Assembly: GCA_002720865.1 (NCBI GenBank)
Contig: PBIO01000025.1
Span: 17-64,016 of the forward strand
Length of the DNA: 64,000 nucleotides
Source of the DNA: Halobacteriovorax sp.
GTDB taxonomy: Bacteria; Bdellovibrionota; Bacteriovoracia; Bacteriovoracales; Bacteriovoracaceae
Direction of reading: 5' to 3'
A program made the translations under genes and the position numbers. Each line of letters begins with the position of its first letter. Position 1 is the first letter of the stretch. The notes under the pieces were generated by a model. That model saw only the letters and a program-made list of their open reading frames with translations. It made no database searches and had not been told where the DNA came from. Positions 8,068 through 18,530 of this stretch are shown in pieces.

Positions 8068-9996
8068 CTAGCCGTCGCGCCAAAGATTGTTGCTAGCATA
8101 CCTTAAGATCTCTTCTGCAGAGTCTTCACTATAACCATATTCTTCAATCATAGTACTAACCATGTCACCATATCGTTTTTGCTGGTCGTCATCCCTAGTC
8201 TTACTCTTGGTAACAATCCGGGCCATATCTTTGACAGATGTAATTAGATAACCCTCAATAGCTTCTTTGAGAGGTTCATAACTTCTATAATCTACTATAT
8301 CGCCGCGTCTCATTCTTGCGAACATATACGCAGTAACATCACTCCTGAAGCCGTCCCTGCTGGAACCAATGATGCCGATTTGTTCTTCAATCGATCTCAT
8401 AAACTCCTCATCGGGCTCTCGCTCTTCTTTAGTGATTCCGTCCTTTACACGTTGGCGTGTTGTAAATGCTTCAGCATTATCAAGGTATGTATCAAAAAGA
8501 GCTTGAGCTTGTTCTTCGTATGCGGTGACAAATGCTTTTGCAATTTCTGTCTCTAGTATTTTTAGATACTCTTCTCTTACACCCTGTAGGATTTCTAAGC
8601 AACTATCTTTAAAATCTTCCCGAATAATCTGATCTTTGACTTGTCGGGTTAGAGATTTTAGAATTGAAACAGGGGTAATCATACTCTTTTCAGCGTCAGA
8701 TAAAGCATTATCAATTGATTTCATAATAAATCTTGTTGAGATTCCTTCCATCCCTTCCCGGGGGGCAGCCTCATCTTTAAGATCTTTGATATCAATTTTC
8801 TTGACCCTACCTTTTTCTATAACATCTTCACCGTTATAGATTTTCATCTTCGTTAAGATGTCACACTTTGCAGATGCTTTAAGCCTAGATAAAACTGAAA
8901 ACATTGAGGCAACCTTTAATGTATGAGGTGCGATGTGTGCTTTGAAATCAGATCTAGATAAAAGCTTTTCATAGATTTTAATCTCTTGATCAAGCTCTAA
9001 AACATATGGTACATTAATCTTAACAATTCTATCTAAGATTGCCTCGTTGGTATGTTCTGCCCGAAACCTATTCCACTCTGCTTCGTTGCAGTGCGCAAGA
9101 ATAACTCCATCAAAATGAATCATAGCATTTTTTCCTGGAGACGGAATCCTTTTTTCCTGCGTTGCTGTAATTACAGTATGAAGAAATTCAATTTCATTTT
9201 TAAAAACCTCAATAAGCTCCACAATGCCTCTATTACCCACATTAAATGCACCATTCAATGACAGTACTCGTGGATCATCTTCAGGAAATAAATCTAACTT
9301 AGATATATCCTCTGACCCAATAAGTACTGAAACATCTTGGCTGTTTGCATCCATCGGTGGGACGGAAGCAATCCCCCTTCGGGCCCGTGCTGAGAACGTT
9401 CTTTCAACAACAGGAAAATTTTCATACTGGCCATCATGATCTTCAAGCAGTTTGTGGCGGGCCACTGGACTTAGATCTCCTTCAATCTTAACCTTTAAAA
9501 TCTTTTCAAATTCTTTTCGCAACCCGCGCGGAACCAAATGCAATGGCTCACCACATTGAGGATCACCTTCAAGGCAATAGTATTTCTCTCCCTCTAGGGC
9601 AGCCTTAATATGTTCTGTTAGCGCAGACTTACCGGCCCCAACCGGTCCCATAAGTAATAGAATTTGCCGGCTCTCTTCACCTTTAAGTGAGGCAGACTTG
9701 AGGAACCGCATAAGTTTTGCGATTACTCTTTCCATTCCAAAAAATTCTGAGTCGAAATAGTCATATACCTGAATATTCTCCCCATCAAACAGCTTATGGT
9801 TCCTAGATATATCTGACATAACACCAGAACCTTTATTCGCGATGGCATCATAAAGACGCTTATGAGCCAACCTTATAATATCTGGATTCTTTTGAACTAA
9901 ATCCAGATACTCTAGAAAAGTCCCTCTAAACTTTTCTTCCTGATTCGTATCTCGTTGTTTCTGAATCAGATTCAAAAATTTCTTTTTATCGGTCAT
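8068..9996 (-). CDS. prkA: PrkA/YeaG-family AAA+ serine protein kinase
   Basis: 642 aa; QILLLMGPVGAGKSAL Walker A in PrkA-like context; adjacent to SpoVR and YeaH homologues. Confidence 0.9.
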   Translation of the reverse strand: MTDKKKFLNLIQKQRDTNQEEKFRGTFLEYLDLVQKNPDIIRLAHKRLYDAIANKGSGVMSDISRNHKLFDGENIQVYDYFDSEFFGMERVIAKLMRFLKSASLKGEESRQILLLMGPVGAGKSALTEHIKAALEGEKYYCLEGDPQCGEPLHLVPRGLRKEFEKILKVKIEGDLSPVARHKLLEDHDGQYENFPVVERTFSARARRGIASVPPMDANSQDVSVLIGSEDISKLDLFPEDDPRVLSLNGAFNVGNRGIVELIEVFKNEIEFLHTVITATQEKRIPSPGKNAMIHFDGVILAHCNEAEWNRFRAEHTNEAILDRIVKINVPYVLELDQEIKIYEKLLSRSDFKAHIAPHTLKVASMFSVLSRLKASAKCDILTKMKIYNGEDVIEKGRVKKIDIKDLKDEAAPREGMEGISTRFIMKSIDNALSDAEKSMITPVSILKSLTRQVKDQIIREDFKDSCLEILQGVREEYLKILETEIAKAFVTAYEEQAQALFDTYLDNAEAFTTRQRVKDGITKEEREPDEEFMRSIEEQIGIIGSSRDGFRSDVTAYMFARMRRGDIVDYRSYEPLKEAIEGYLITSVKDMARIVTKSKTRDDDQQKRYGDMVSTMIEEYGYSEDSAEEILRYASNNLWRDG

Positions 9997-10045
9997 ACCA
10001 GTTAACTCCAGTTTTCGATAGGCATTGCATATTCATTTATAATTA

Positions 10046-11356
10046 TTAAATCTCCCAGGGTTCTTCTTCAACTATAGTCAATAGTTTAACAGTGTCTCCC
10101 CATAGAGTCGAAATATGCTTAACAACTTCGTCTGCATAATTCAATTCTAAATCTCTTCCATCATGTTCATGTTGTAAAACTAGCACATTTCCCTCTTTTT
10201 CTACATCAATAACATTTATCTTTGGAATTGTACCTTCCCCCACTCCTTTGATAAGGCTTTCTTTAATATTTTTCCACCCATCAACGTCAGATATTTCATC
10301 AACAGAATAAACACCCTTTCGTTTTTTTGAATATGCAAATAAATTTAAGTCCTTACAATCATCTTCGATTAAGTATTCTCTTAAAAAGGATTGATCATTT
10401 CCAACTTCTCTAGCCAAGAAACACCTGTCTAACCCATGCCTCTCTTCAATCTTTTCGAACAATTTAAATCCAAGATGATATGGATTAACGGCACCAATAT
10501 GTGGCCTAATAACTTGGTTATGGCTCTTAATAAATGGTATATGATATTCTTGAGGTAATTCTAAAGCATTACTAATTCTGTAATGCCAAAAAGATGCCCA
10601 CCCCTCATTCATAATCTTCGTACGAATTTGGGGCATAAAATATAATGATTCATCATGTACAATTTCTAATATATCTTTTTGCCAGTCTTTAATTCTTCCA
10701 TGTTCAATTATAAACTTTAATACATCATACTGGGGTTCGAGAGGAATCTTGTCGATATCAAAATCAATATATTGACCATCAGTATCGTTCTTAATTCTAT
10801 CAGTATATGTTTTCTTTAACTCTTTATGTGTGGGGCGATCTAGCTGATATCTGTCAATTTGATATTTTACTGCGTGTGCAGCATCTAGAATTTCCTCAAC
10901 TTTTTCAATTCCAATACTGGGGTCTTCAATATAGCCCTGGATTCTTTTTCTAGCATTTCGAAATCTTCCGCAAACTGAATTCGGCCTAGTCTTTGCAAAC
11001 GTTCTATTATTTTTAAAAAAATCAGAGTGACCAACACAATGGGCCATAATCAAGATCTGCAGATAGGCAGGATTTTCCCGCATCAAATATGCTATTGATG
11101 GGTTTGAATTGATAATAAGCTCATAAGGTAATCCTTCGGCACCCATATTATACATCTGATGTGTTCTTTCAAATGACTTACCATAAGACCAATGTTGGTA
11201 ATGGCTTGGCAAACCATGATAGGACATGTGCCCTATCATTTGGTAATAATCACATACCTCGTATGTAATTGGATGCCAATCTAGACCTGCATCTTCTGCG
11301 ATCCTACAAATCTTTTCGTCCCATTCTTCTAGGAGCTTAAAATTCCAATCTGACAT
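10046..11356 (-). CDS. spoVR: SpoVR/YcgB-family protein
   Basis: 436 aa; MAHCVGHSDFFKNN motif typical of SpoVR. Confidence 0.88.
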   Translation of the reverse strand: MSDWNFKLLEEWDEKICRIAEDAGLDWHPITYEVCDYYQMIGHMSYHGLPSHYQHWSYGKSFERTHQMYNMGAEGLPYELIINSNPSIAYLMRENPAYLQILIMAHCVGHSDFFKNNRTFAKTRPNSVCGRFRNARKRIQGYIEDPSIGIEKVEEILDAAHAVKYQIDRYQLDRPTHKELKKTYTDRIKNDTDGQYIDFDIDKIPLEPQYDVLKFIIEHGRIKDWQKDILEIVHDESLYFMPQIRTKIMNEGWASFWHYRISNALELPQEYHIPFIKSHNQVIRPHIGAVNPYHLGFKLFEKIEERHGLDRCFLAREVGNDQSFLREYLIEDDCKDLNLFAYSKKRKGVYSVDEISDVDGWKNIKESLIKGVGEGTIPKINVIDVEKEGNVLVLQHEHDGRDLELNYADEVVKHISTLWGDTVKLLTIVEEEPWEI

Positions 11357-12546
11357 TATGAACTTCCCATCGCTAATTTTCCACCAAATAGCATCTTAAA
11401 AGCAGGCCAAATATCAGACGCCTGTGTAATTTTTACAGTCTTAAACTTTTGATCTACTAGGGGCTCATATGCATTAGATAATTTAGTCCCTTCAGATAAC
11501 CACTTAATTCTCTCTTCATCAGGCTCAATTTCACAATAACAATACATCTGACTAGCTAATTTAAGTTTTGTAGAGAGATCTTGGATCTTGTCCATATCAT
11601 TTGGCCAGTTATCTCCATCTGAACAATGAAATGAGTATATGTTCCAGGACGTCGACGGATACCTTTCTTTAATAATCTCAAGTGCCAACTCTACAGCAGA
11701 AGAGGCAATTGTTCCCCCGCCGGCGCCTCTTTTAAAGAATTGTTCTTCATTTACTTCATATGCCTGTGTGTCATGTGCAATGAAAACAAGATCAGTATTT
11801 TCATATCTGTGATTAATAAATTGGTATAATAGAAAATAAAAGCTTCTAGCCAAAAACTTTTTTTGTTTTGTCATAGAGCCAGAAATATCCATCATAAAGA
11901 ATATGACAGCGTTACTAGTCTCTTTTGTTGTTTTTTGTATATGCTTATATTTTAGGTCATCCTTATGAAATGGAAACCTAGAGTCCTCATCATCCGGATC
12001 ATATGTGCCAGCACGCTTTGCTGCGCTACGTCTCTTGATTTTTTTAAGCAATGTCTTCTTTTTATCAAGTCGTGGCTTAATACCAAAATCTCTATAGCCA
12101 TGCCTCCGAAGTTTTTCGGATAGTATTTTTTTCATTTGCTTTTTCTCAAGCTCAGGTAATTCTAAGCTATCAAACAAATAAGCAGCAAGTTCTTCTAGGG
12201 TAATTTCGACATCATAATACTCGACGCCCCGTTCATTTCCAGGCTTGTCACCCTCACCTTGCTCTTCATTTTGTGACCTACCAACCTGTTGGCCACGTTT
12301 TACATTTTTCCCGGGCGCAGATCCTACTCTCTGATTATTTTCATTATCGCCATACACAAATTGGTATTCTTTGATTCCCCGTACAGGGATGCGTATCTTC
12401 TTTTTGCCCTCTTTACCAATAATAGATTCGTCTGCAATAACATGATAGATCCCCTCACGAATTGCCTTTTCGATCTTTTGTTTATGTCGGCTTTTGTCAG
12501 ATGCTGATCTGTCAGCCGATATTCTATGTTCTTTGAAGATAGACAT
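11356..12546 (-). CDS. yeaH: YeaH/YhbH (DUF444) VWA-like protein
   Basis: 396 aa; basic N-terminus, FFMMDISGSM MIDAS-like motif; 1-nt overlap with spoVR. Confidence 0.88.
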   Translation of the reverse strand: MSIFKEHRISADRSASDKSRHKQKIEKAIREGIYHVIADESIIGKEGKKKIRIPVRGIKEYQFVYGDNENNQRVGSAPGKNVKRGQQVGRSQNEEQGEGDKPGNERGVEYYDVEITLEELAAYLFDSLELPELEKKQMKKILSEKLRRHGYRDFGIKPRLDKKKTLLKKIKRRSAAKRAGTYDPDDEDSRFPFHKDDLKYKHIQKTTKETSNAVIFFMMDISGSMTKQKKFLARSFYFLLYQFINHRYENTDLVFIAHDTQAYEVNEEQFFKRGAGGGTIASSAVELALEIIKERYPSTSWNIYSFHCSDGDNWPNDMDKIQDLSTKLKLASQMYCYCEIEPDEERIKWLSEGTKLSNAYEPLVDQKFKTVKITQASDIWPAFKMLFGGKLAMGSS

Positions 12547-12601
12547 GTCTTTATTAAATATCTCTAAGCTTAGACATTATGTACAAGCAATCATTAATTT
12601 T

Positions 12602-13066
12602 TTATTTATTTGCCAGTAAGCCTGACCCTATTATTGTATGGGCCCATATCACTCCGGGCACAATAAATTTTTTTGTATTATTGCAAAGCTCTGTCCACGA
12701 AACCCATTTTGCAGAGTCATGTTCTAGAATTCCAGTATGGGGGTTTGGACGTATTATGGGGTCCTGAGTTGTCAGAGCTATAAAAAATGTCATTTTTTCA
12801 TTAATATATGAATTTGTACCCCACATAAAATTTAACTCTGTAATTCCGGCTTCTTCTTCTGTTTCTCTTATAGCTGCTTCAAGGGCTGACTCTTTGTCAT
12901 CAATACCACCCTTAGGAATATCATATATACCTTTATTTAAAAGTGCTAATACTTTCAATATTCCACCAAAATCTCTAACAACGATAATCCCTGCGCCTTC
13001 GGGAATGTCATTTGACTCTATCATTTGAGATAAAACCCTCCGTAATAAGTCCAGTTCTATATTCAT
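12602..13066 (-). CDS. Nudix hydrolase
   Basis: complete Nudix box GGIDDKESALEAAIRETEEEAGI. Confidence 0.85.
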   Translation of the reverse strand: MNIELDLLRRVLSQMIESNDIPEGAGIIVVRDFGGILKVLALLNKGIYDIPKGGIDDKESALEAAIRETEEEAGITELNFMWGTNSYINEKMTFFIALTTQDPIIRPNPHTGILEHDSAKWVSWTELCNNTKKFIVPGVIWAHTIIGSGLLANK

Positions 13067-13644
13067 TAGCTAACTGTTTTAATTATATCTTGAAGTTGAG
13101 ACCAGTGTGCAGGATTAATTTCTGGCGGGATTCCGCTATATTTTAGCTCTAAAGAATTTAATGCTGTTAGATATTTCAAGGCCTGTTTTTTATGTGGAGA
13201 AGATGAGAGGTTATGTAGCATATCGGCTAGCTTTATTTTTAACGCACCCGGATTATCAGATAATGACAAAACATATTTTGAGTAGTCTGCACCTGGTTCA
13301 TGTGTTAAAAGATATAAGATCTGTAAAACATGTTTTCCTTCGCTGGGACTAGAATATGACGACGTTATAGCATTGACAAGTTCATTTTCATCAACATAGT
13401 TCCCATATTTTATAGCATCTTCTAGCGTATCATGTAATAAAGCAGCTGTACATAACAGCTGCTCTCCTGGATAATATTGCTTTATAATATTTGCGACTGC
13501 TATCGGGTGTTCGATGTATGGTTCGCCGCTGCGCCTCATCTGACCTGAGTGTGCTTTTTCAGCGGTTTGTAGAATATTTGAGGCATCTTTACCCCCACAA
13601 ACTTCTTTTATGTATTCTCTTAAAACTTGAAAATCAGATCTCAC
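13066..13644 (-). CDS. HD-domain RelA/SpoT-type hydrolase (small alarmone hydrolase-like)
   Basis: GEPYIEHPIAV...AALLHDTLEDA; 192 aa with no synthetase domain; GTG start. Confidence 0.75.
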   Translation of the reverse strand: MRSDFQVLREYIKEVCGGKDASNILQTAEKAHSGQMRRSGEPYIEHPIAVANIIKQYYPGEQLLCTAALLHDTLEDAIKYGNYVDENELVNAITSSYSSPSEGKHVLQILYLLTHEPGADYSKYVLSLSDNPGALKIKLADMLHNLSSSPHKKQALKYLTALNSLELKYSGIPPEINPAHWSQLQDIIKTVS

Positions 13645-13693
13645 AACTTATTCCCACAAGGCTAAATTATAATTATCTACTTGTGGTGTGATC

Positions 13694-14284
13694 TTAATCA
13701 TCTTTGATAACATTTTCATGAATAATTCCACGAATAGTTTTTCTTAACAACATTTCATGTTTAATTTCTATCTTGTTTGCAGAAACTTTGACGTCCGGAT
13801 ATTTTGCTTTTAATGCAGAATCGATTGCAGTTATATTATCTATAGAATCCTCATATATGTATACGTCTGTATAACCAGGGGCAGGAGCTTTGATCATATG
13901 ACGAAGGACCCTTGTTACTTTTGCTTGGGGATTTGAACTACCCACCCCTATAATATGAATATCATCTGTAATACCGTTATCATTTAAAAAAGCTTTCATA
14001 GGTGCTGCTTTTCCGCGTGCAGATAATACCATTACATTTTGAATACCGTCTTCTTGGATTGCTTTTTTTAATAACTTAAATGTGTTTGTTATAACTTTTC
14101 CATCCGGAGGGTATACATCAAACTCAGAAAAATCAAATCTATCGCCAGGCTGTTCAATATATGTTGCAAATTCATGGCTTTGCAGCAATTCAATATCCCC
14201 ACTGGAATGTATTACTTTAACTTTTGCACCTGAAGAAACTAGTGTGTCATCAAAATCAAAAATATGTAGTCGTTTATTCTTCAT
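13694..14284 (-). CDS. HAD-superfamily hydrolase
   Basis: motif I FDFDDTLV near the N-terminus. Confidence 0.7.
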   Translation of the reverse strand: MKNKRLHIFDFDDTLVSSGAKVKVIHSSGDIELLQSHEFATYIEQPGDRFDFSEFDVYPPDGKVITNTFKLLKKAIQEDGIQNVMVLSARGKAAPMKAFLNDNGITDDIHIIGVGSSNPQAKVTRVLRHMIKAPAPGYTDVYIYEDSIDNITAIDSALKAKYPDVKVSANKIEIKHEMLLRKTIRGIIHENVIKDD

Positions 14285-14798
14285 AATCTAAATGTTGTTG
14301 GGAAGTTTCAACTAGCATACTACTAGACTGGATCTTTCCTCCACCAACATTAAATATGACCTTGCACCCGATATCGGAACAAAGTCGAAACTCCGGAACG
14401 GTCTCTGCGTTGACCCTATCTCCTCCCTTAGTAAAATAGTTTGGGCGAATGATGTCAATGGCTCCAGTAACCGTTTGGCTTCCATCATCCCATCCCACAA
14501 CATAGTCAACACCTTCAATCCCAGCAATTATTTCCATGCGCTCCTCATGAGGCATAAAGGCATAACCCTTTTTTCGTTCTAAAAATCCGTCCCCATTTAC
14601 AATAATAATAACAATTCCCGTATGCCTTGTAGGATATTCATCCGGATTGTTGGCTAATTCTACTGTACCCTGTATGCATCTAAGATGTCCTACATGCATT
14701 GGGTCAAAGCCACCGGAGGTTACATATATATCTCTATCATAAATCCCTTGTAGGTCATTTACGAGCATACTAACATCACTTATAACCTTACCTGGCAT
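14274..14798 (-). CDS. cytidylyltransferase-family nucleotidyltransferase
   Basis: GGFDPMHVGHL (HxGH) and C-terminal KIQSSS motif. Confidence 0.7.
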   Translation of the reverse strand: MPGKVISDVSMLVNDLQGIYDRDIYVTSGGFDPMHVGHLRCIQGTVELANNPDEYPTRHTGIVIIIVNGDGFLERKKGYAFMPHEERMEIIAGIEGVDYVVGWDDGSQTVTGAIDIIRPNYFTKGGDRVNAETVPEFRLCSDIGCKVIFNVGGGKIQSSSMLVETSQQHLDYEE

Positions 14799-14804
14799 TG
14801 TTAC

Positions 14805-16439
14805 CTACTTTAAGCAATCGGAAAACCCCTTTGGAAAGAATGGTTTATTCTTGTTATAGAAGAAATCCCAATCACCGTCTAGAATGTATGTTACTGCATG
14901 ATCATCCATACTTCGCACACTCCGTCCAACCGCCTGTACAATTGACTTTGCGGTTTGTAAGGGGTACCACCATCTCCACTTATTCATTCTCTTTTTTACT
15001 AGTTTGTCACCGAGATATGGATACGGTACCTTACAAATAACCTGGAATCGTCCTAACTCATCGTAAAGATCAATTCCTTCTGTCATTGAAGGTGATAACA
15101 ATATTGTTGGAGATTTTGACTTGATATGTTCATTTAACATATCTTCCCTATTATCGCTGCTGTGGATCAACAATCTCTTACTACGGATATTTCTCTTAAG
15201 ATAATTTGCGATCTTGTATGTGTGGCAATGAATTATTCCTTTTTCATTTTTATGTTGTTCCATAATCGCTTTGACGGCTTTTGCTAATTTCGGAAGGGTA
15301 TCATCAATTGCCTTCGCACTCATCTTTCCGATTGGGAAAGCCATGATCGGCCGGTGTTCTACTGGGAAAGGAGAAGGGATAGATATAAAAGCAACATCAT
15401 CTCGCGGAATTCCAAGCAAAGTACAAAATGCATCTCTATCTAGAATTGTAGCTGACATCATGACAACATGTTTTCCATGTTTAAAAACCATATCATCTGC
15501 AAACGGTGCAACATCAATAGGCTTGAATTCAAGCCTCCGCCCTGCTCTGCCATCAGCCGGCGCCATATTAAAGACCCAATTATCGCTATCATATACATCT
15601 AAGAATCGCTGGATTTTACATGCATGTTTATCTAATAGGTCATACTGTTTGGCTAGCTTCGCAAACTCTTGTAGTTTTTCCCTAAGATTTATATACTTGT
15701 CTAACATCTTCTCAACGTGCTTCACGTGTGCGCGTATCTTGGGCGAGTATATATTCCGGATCCAGTCAATGGCTTGAAGCTGTGTTGATATGCGGGGCAT
15801 CTGTAGTTTCATTGATTTTGCAAATCGTTCGGTGACTGCTACTTCAATAAACTTACTGAGCTCTGTTTCTACATTATGGGCCTCGTCGATGACCAGCATA
15901 TTTCTTGGTTTAAGTTTTCCAGAATAAGTAGTTTCAGCCAGGAAATATGAAAAGTTAGTAACACTCTCAGTTGATGCAAGAAATTCATCTTTAGCATTTT
16001 TATATGTGCAATTGAATACACAATGACGCCAGTGAGGTGTGCCTTTCTCAGCAACCTTAAGCAGCCTTTGTCCCTCGCCACAATTTGTTTTACCCCCAAA
16101 TGAGCATGTGTAATTAGATGAAGATTTAATAGAGCACATCGCTCCAGCCGGCTTTGCAAAGTCTTTAACATATTGTTCCTGAAGGATTTTTTGTGTCGTT
16201 AAAAAATATCCTCCTGGTTTATATGGTTCTTCATCATGATGCATAGCCTGAAGAGGTAGTGAATCCATGTATCTTGACAACGTTACACCGATAGCACTCT
16301 TGCCCACCCCTGTGCCGGCCTCAACAATAACAAATTTTTTCTCTTGATTTATAAACGCATCTAAAGCAAAGTCAATAGCTTCTGCTTGTGCATCCCTAAT
16401 ATCGTTATATGGAAAAATAGACTTTACATTAAATTGCAT
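14805..16439 (-). CDS. Rad3/XPD/DinG-family helicase with Fe-S cysteines
   Basis: Walker A EAGTGVGKS, DEAH box VIDEAHN, four Cys (C-x8-C ... C-x3-C) between them; start moved to ATG 16439 with AAGGTG RBS. Confidence 0.85.
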   Translation of the reverse strand: MQFNVKSIFPYNDIRDAQAEAIDFALDAFINQEKKFVIVEAGTGVGKSAIGVTLSRYMDSLPLQAMHHDEEPYKPGGYFLTTQKILQEQYVKDFAKPAGAMCSIKSSSNYTCSFGGKTNCGEGQRLLKVAEKGTPHWRHCVFNCTYKNAKDEFLASTESVTNFSYFLAETTYSGKLKPRNMLVIDEAHNVETELSKFIEVAVTERFAKSMKLQMPRISTQLQAIDWIRNIYSPKIRAHVKHVEKMLDKYINLREKLQEFAKLAKQYDLLDKHACKIQRFLDVYDSDNWVFNMAPADGRAGRRLEFKPIDVAPFADDMVFKHGKHVVMMSATILDRDAFCTLLGIPRDDVAFISIPSPFPVEHRPIMAFPIGKMSAKAIDDTLPKLAKAVKAIMEQHKNEKGIIHCHTYKIANYLKRNIRSKRLLIHSSDNREDMLNEHIKSKSPTILLSPSMTEGIDLYDELGRFQVICKVPYPYLGDKLVKKRMNKWRWWYPLQTAKSIVQAVGRSVRSMDDHAVTYILDGDWDFFYNKNKPFFPKGFSDCLK

Positions 16440-16486
16440 TTCACACACCTTACCATATTGTACAATGCTAGTACTAGATTTTCAAG

Positions 16487-16930
16487 TTATCGCTGAGAAT
16501 GATGCTGGTCTTCAATAAGCTTCGAAGCTTCTGCTATATAGATTCTTTTTCGAAGATTTGTTGTTGACCAGTTATGTGATCTCGAATTAAAGTAACACTC
16601 AATAGGAAGCTCATGTCCGGTAAATTTCTTATGTTCCCAGTCAGCCCCAAGTATTCGAACGTCAGGATTAATTCGCTTAAGCAATTCTATTAGATCATCT
16701 TCAGTATCATATAACACCGTTTCGTCGACGAAACGAATTGACTTTACCATAATAATACGTTCTTCGTATGATTGAACAGGTTTATTTTTATTATATCGAT
16801 CAACACTGGGATCTGACTGAACACCAACAATTAGATAGTCACACTGGGCCTTGGCTTCTTCTAGCATTAATGCATGCCCAGTATGAAAAAGATCAAATGC
16901 CCCGCATGTAAACCCAACCTTGTTATTCAT
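16487..16930 (-). CDS. cytidylyltransferase (TagD / RfaE domain II-like)
   Basis: GAFDLFHTGHALML and WSTT motifs. Confidence 0.8.
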   Translation of the reverse strand: MNNKVGFTCGAFDLFHTGHALMLEEAKAQCDYLIVGVQSDPSVDRYNKNKPVQSYEERIIMVKSIRFVDETVLYDTEDDLIELLKRINPDVRILGADWEHKKFTGHELPIECYFNSRSHNWSTTNLRKRIYIAEASKLIEDQHHSQR

Positions 16931-17504
16931 CTTCTACCTGATCTCCCCAAGAAGTCCATCCTTCTCTAATTTGTCTCGAGAACATATCAAGATATGGGCC
17001 ATGACTTCTTTTTTCGACCATTTGATAAAATGCATTCGGCTTGATACTATGCCCAGTTTTCTTTGCCTGAATTATCGATGAAATGGTTCTGTCACCTGTA
17101 CGAGGTAGTACACCCCTACCACGGGTACCAAACAAACATAGTTCATGTTTACCACGAAAATATTGCCCAAGGCCAATTTGGTTTTTGACCCATGCAATGT
17201 TTGTGATATAACGAAACCCCAGTGCACTCATTACTTCAAGTCCTTTAGGCAAAAAACTATTCGTAACCCAAAGATACATATGTGCATTATCATCTACATC
17301 TTCCCAAACCGGTGATTGGATAATCGTACGAATAATGCCTGGGGTGTCTAATAGGCTATAATGCTTGTCTGCACCTCTTTTGATCTTACCACCCCCACGT
17401 TCCAACCATGGAGGATCAATTACAACAGCCTGATATTTAGGTTTCTCTTGCTCTTCATCAATTAATTCAAGATCTGAATCTTCAAAAAGTGTTTGTTGGA
17501 TCAT
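16923..17504 (-). CDS. MT-A70-family N6-adenine DNA methyltransferase
   Basis: VVIDPPW catalytic motif; 193 aa. Confidence 0.85.
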   Translation of the reverse strand: MIQQTLFEDSDLELIDEEQEKPKYQAVVIDPPWLERGGGKIKRGADKHYSLLDTPGIIRTIIQSPVWEDVDDNAHMYLWVTNSFLPKGLEVMSALGFRYITNIAWVKNQIGLGQYFRGKHELCLFGTRGRGVLPRTGDRTISSIIQAKKTGHSIKPNAFYQMVEKRSHGPYLDMFSRQIREGWTSWGDQVEDE

Positions 17505-17731
17505 TTTTCTTCCTGCCTATTAATACCATTAAGACGGTATAGTTCTCTAATGCCAGCCTCTGTAAGCATACACCAGGTGCCATTATTATTTTTAAAAATT
17601 TCTGCCTCTTTTTTTGCTACTAACATATCAACACCAGCCAATTCTTTATGACTCATGTTTCCCAGATTTCTTTTCCCTGCCCAGCTAGCAGCAATTGATC
17701 GGATCAGTTGGTGCTTAAAATCTTTATTCAT
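17501..17731 (-). CDS. hypothetical protein
   Basis: 76-aa ORF with ATGA-type overlaps on both sides. Confidence 0.5.
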   Translation of the reverse strand: MNKDFKHQLIRSIAASWAGKRNLGNMSHKELAGVDMLVAKKEAEIFKNNNGTWCMLTEAGIRELYRLNGINRQEEK

Positions 17732-18530
17732 TTTTCTCTTTGATGTGGGGAATGATTAATTCATTAATTAGTCTAATAGTATTTTCTGGCATATCAACTT
17801 CATATGATGTCCCCATCGGCCGAAGAGCCTTGTAGATTGCAAAATCATTTCCACCCTCTCTACACTTATCTCCCACAAACCATGTAGTTCCTACATTTTC
17901 AAAGTGTTGTAATGCGTATGTCTTATCCCAACCCCGAGGGTATATATCAATAGAACATTGACCCCCAAGAGCCATAGTAATGTTTTTTACTTTATTCCTA
18001 ATAAGGCTTCTTTGTAATTTTGTTAGAAGATTTTTACGTAGATGTGTTTTATTGTCGATGTCAATAAATTTGCTTCTGTCATTATCTTCAAAATCCCTTC
18101 CGATCATACACCAATTCAAGAGGCTCCCCCTATATTGAATGAATGTTCCACTTAGCGGAAGGTCAGGTACGGTTACTGATATGCTTGACTGAAGACTTAA
18201 TATAGACCTAATAAGTTTTTTAAGACTTAATTCACCTATTTCTGACTTCATATTAGCATTATATACTCGGGTTGGTTGTCGAGTTGTACCGTCGAAGATA
18301 TATTTCTGTGTTCCATTACAAGGGAGAATTGTTAGCTTATCGAGATCAATGTCTTTTGATTCCCACAAAGCGCTACATTGTTCTTTGATATAATCAAATC
18401 CACTACCAGACACAATCCCTACATGTGTATAGGACATTAGGTTAGTCAACACATTAACCATGTCTTCCTCAATTTGTTTTCGATGAGGGGTAATTGTACC
18501 ATCCATATCAAATAAGACTAATTGATCCAT
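17724..18530 (-). CDS. eukaryotic-type phosphomannomutase (HAD family)
   Basis: LFDMDGTIT motif I and GGQCSIDIYPRGWDKTYAL, characteristic of the PMM family. Confidence 0.8.
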   Translation of the reverse strand: MDQLVLFDMDGTITPHRKQIEEDMVNVLTNLMSYTHVGIVSGSGFDYIKEQCSALWESKDIDLDKLTILPCNGTQKYIFDGTTRQPTRVYNANMKSEIGELSLKKLIRSILSLQSSISVTVPDLPLSGTFIQYRGSLLNWCMIGRDFEDNDRSKFIDIDNKTHLRKNLLTKLQRSLIRNKVKNITMALGGQCSIDIYPRGWDKTYALQHFENVGTTWFVGDKCREGGNDFAIYKALRPMGTSYEVDMPENTIRLINELIIPHIKEKNE

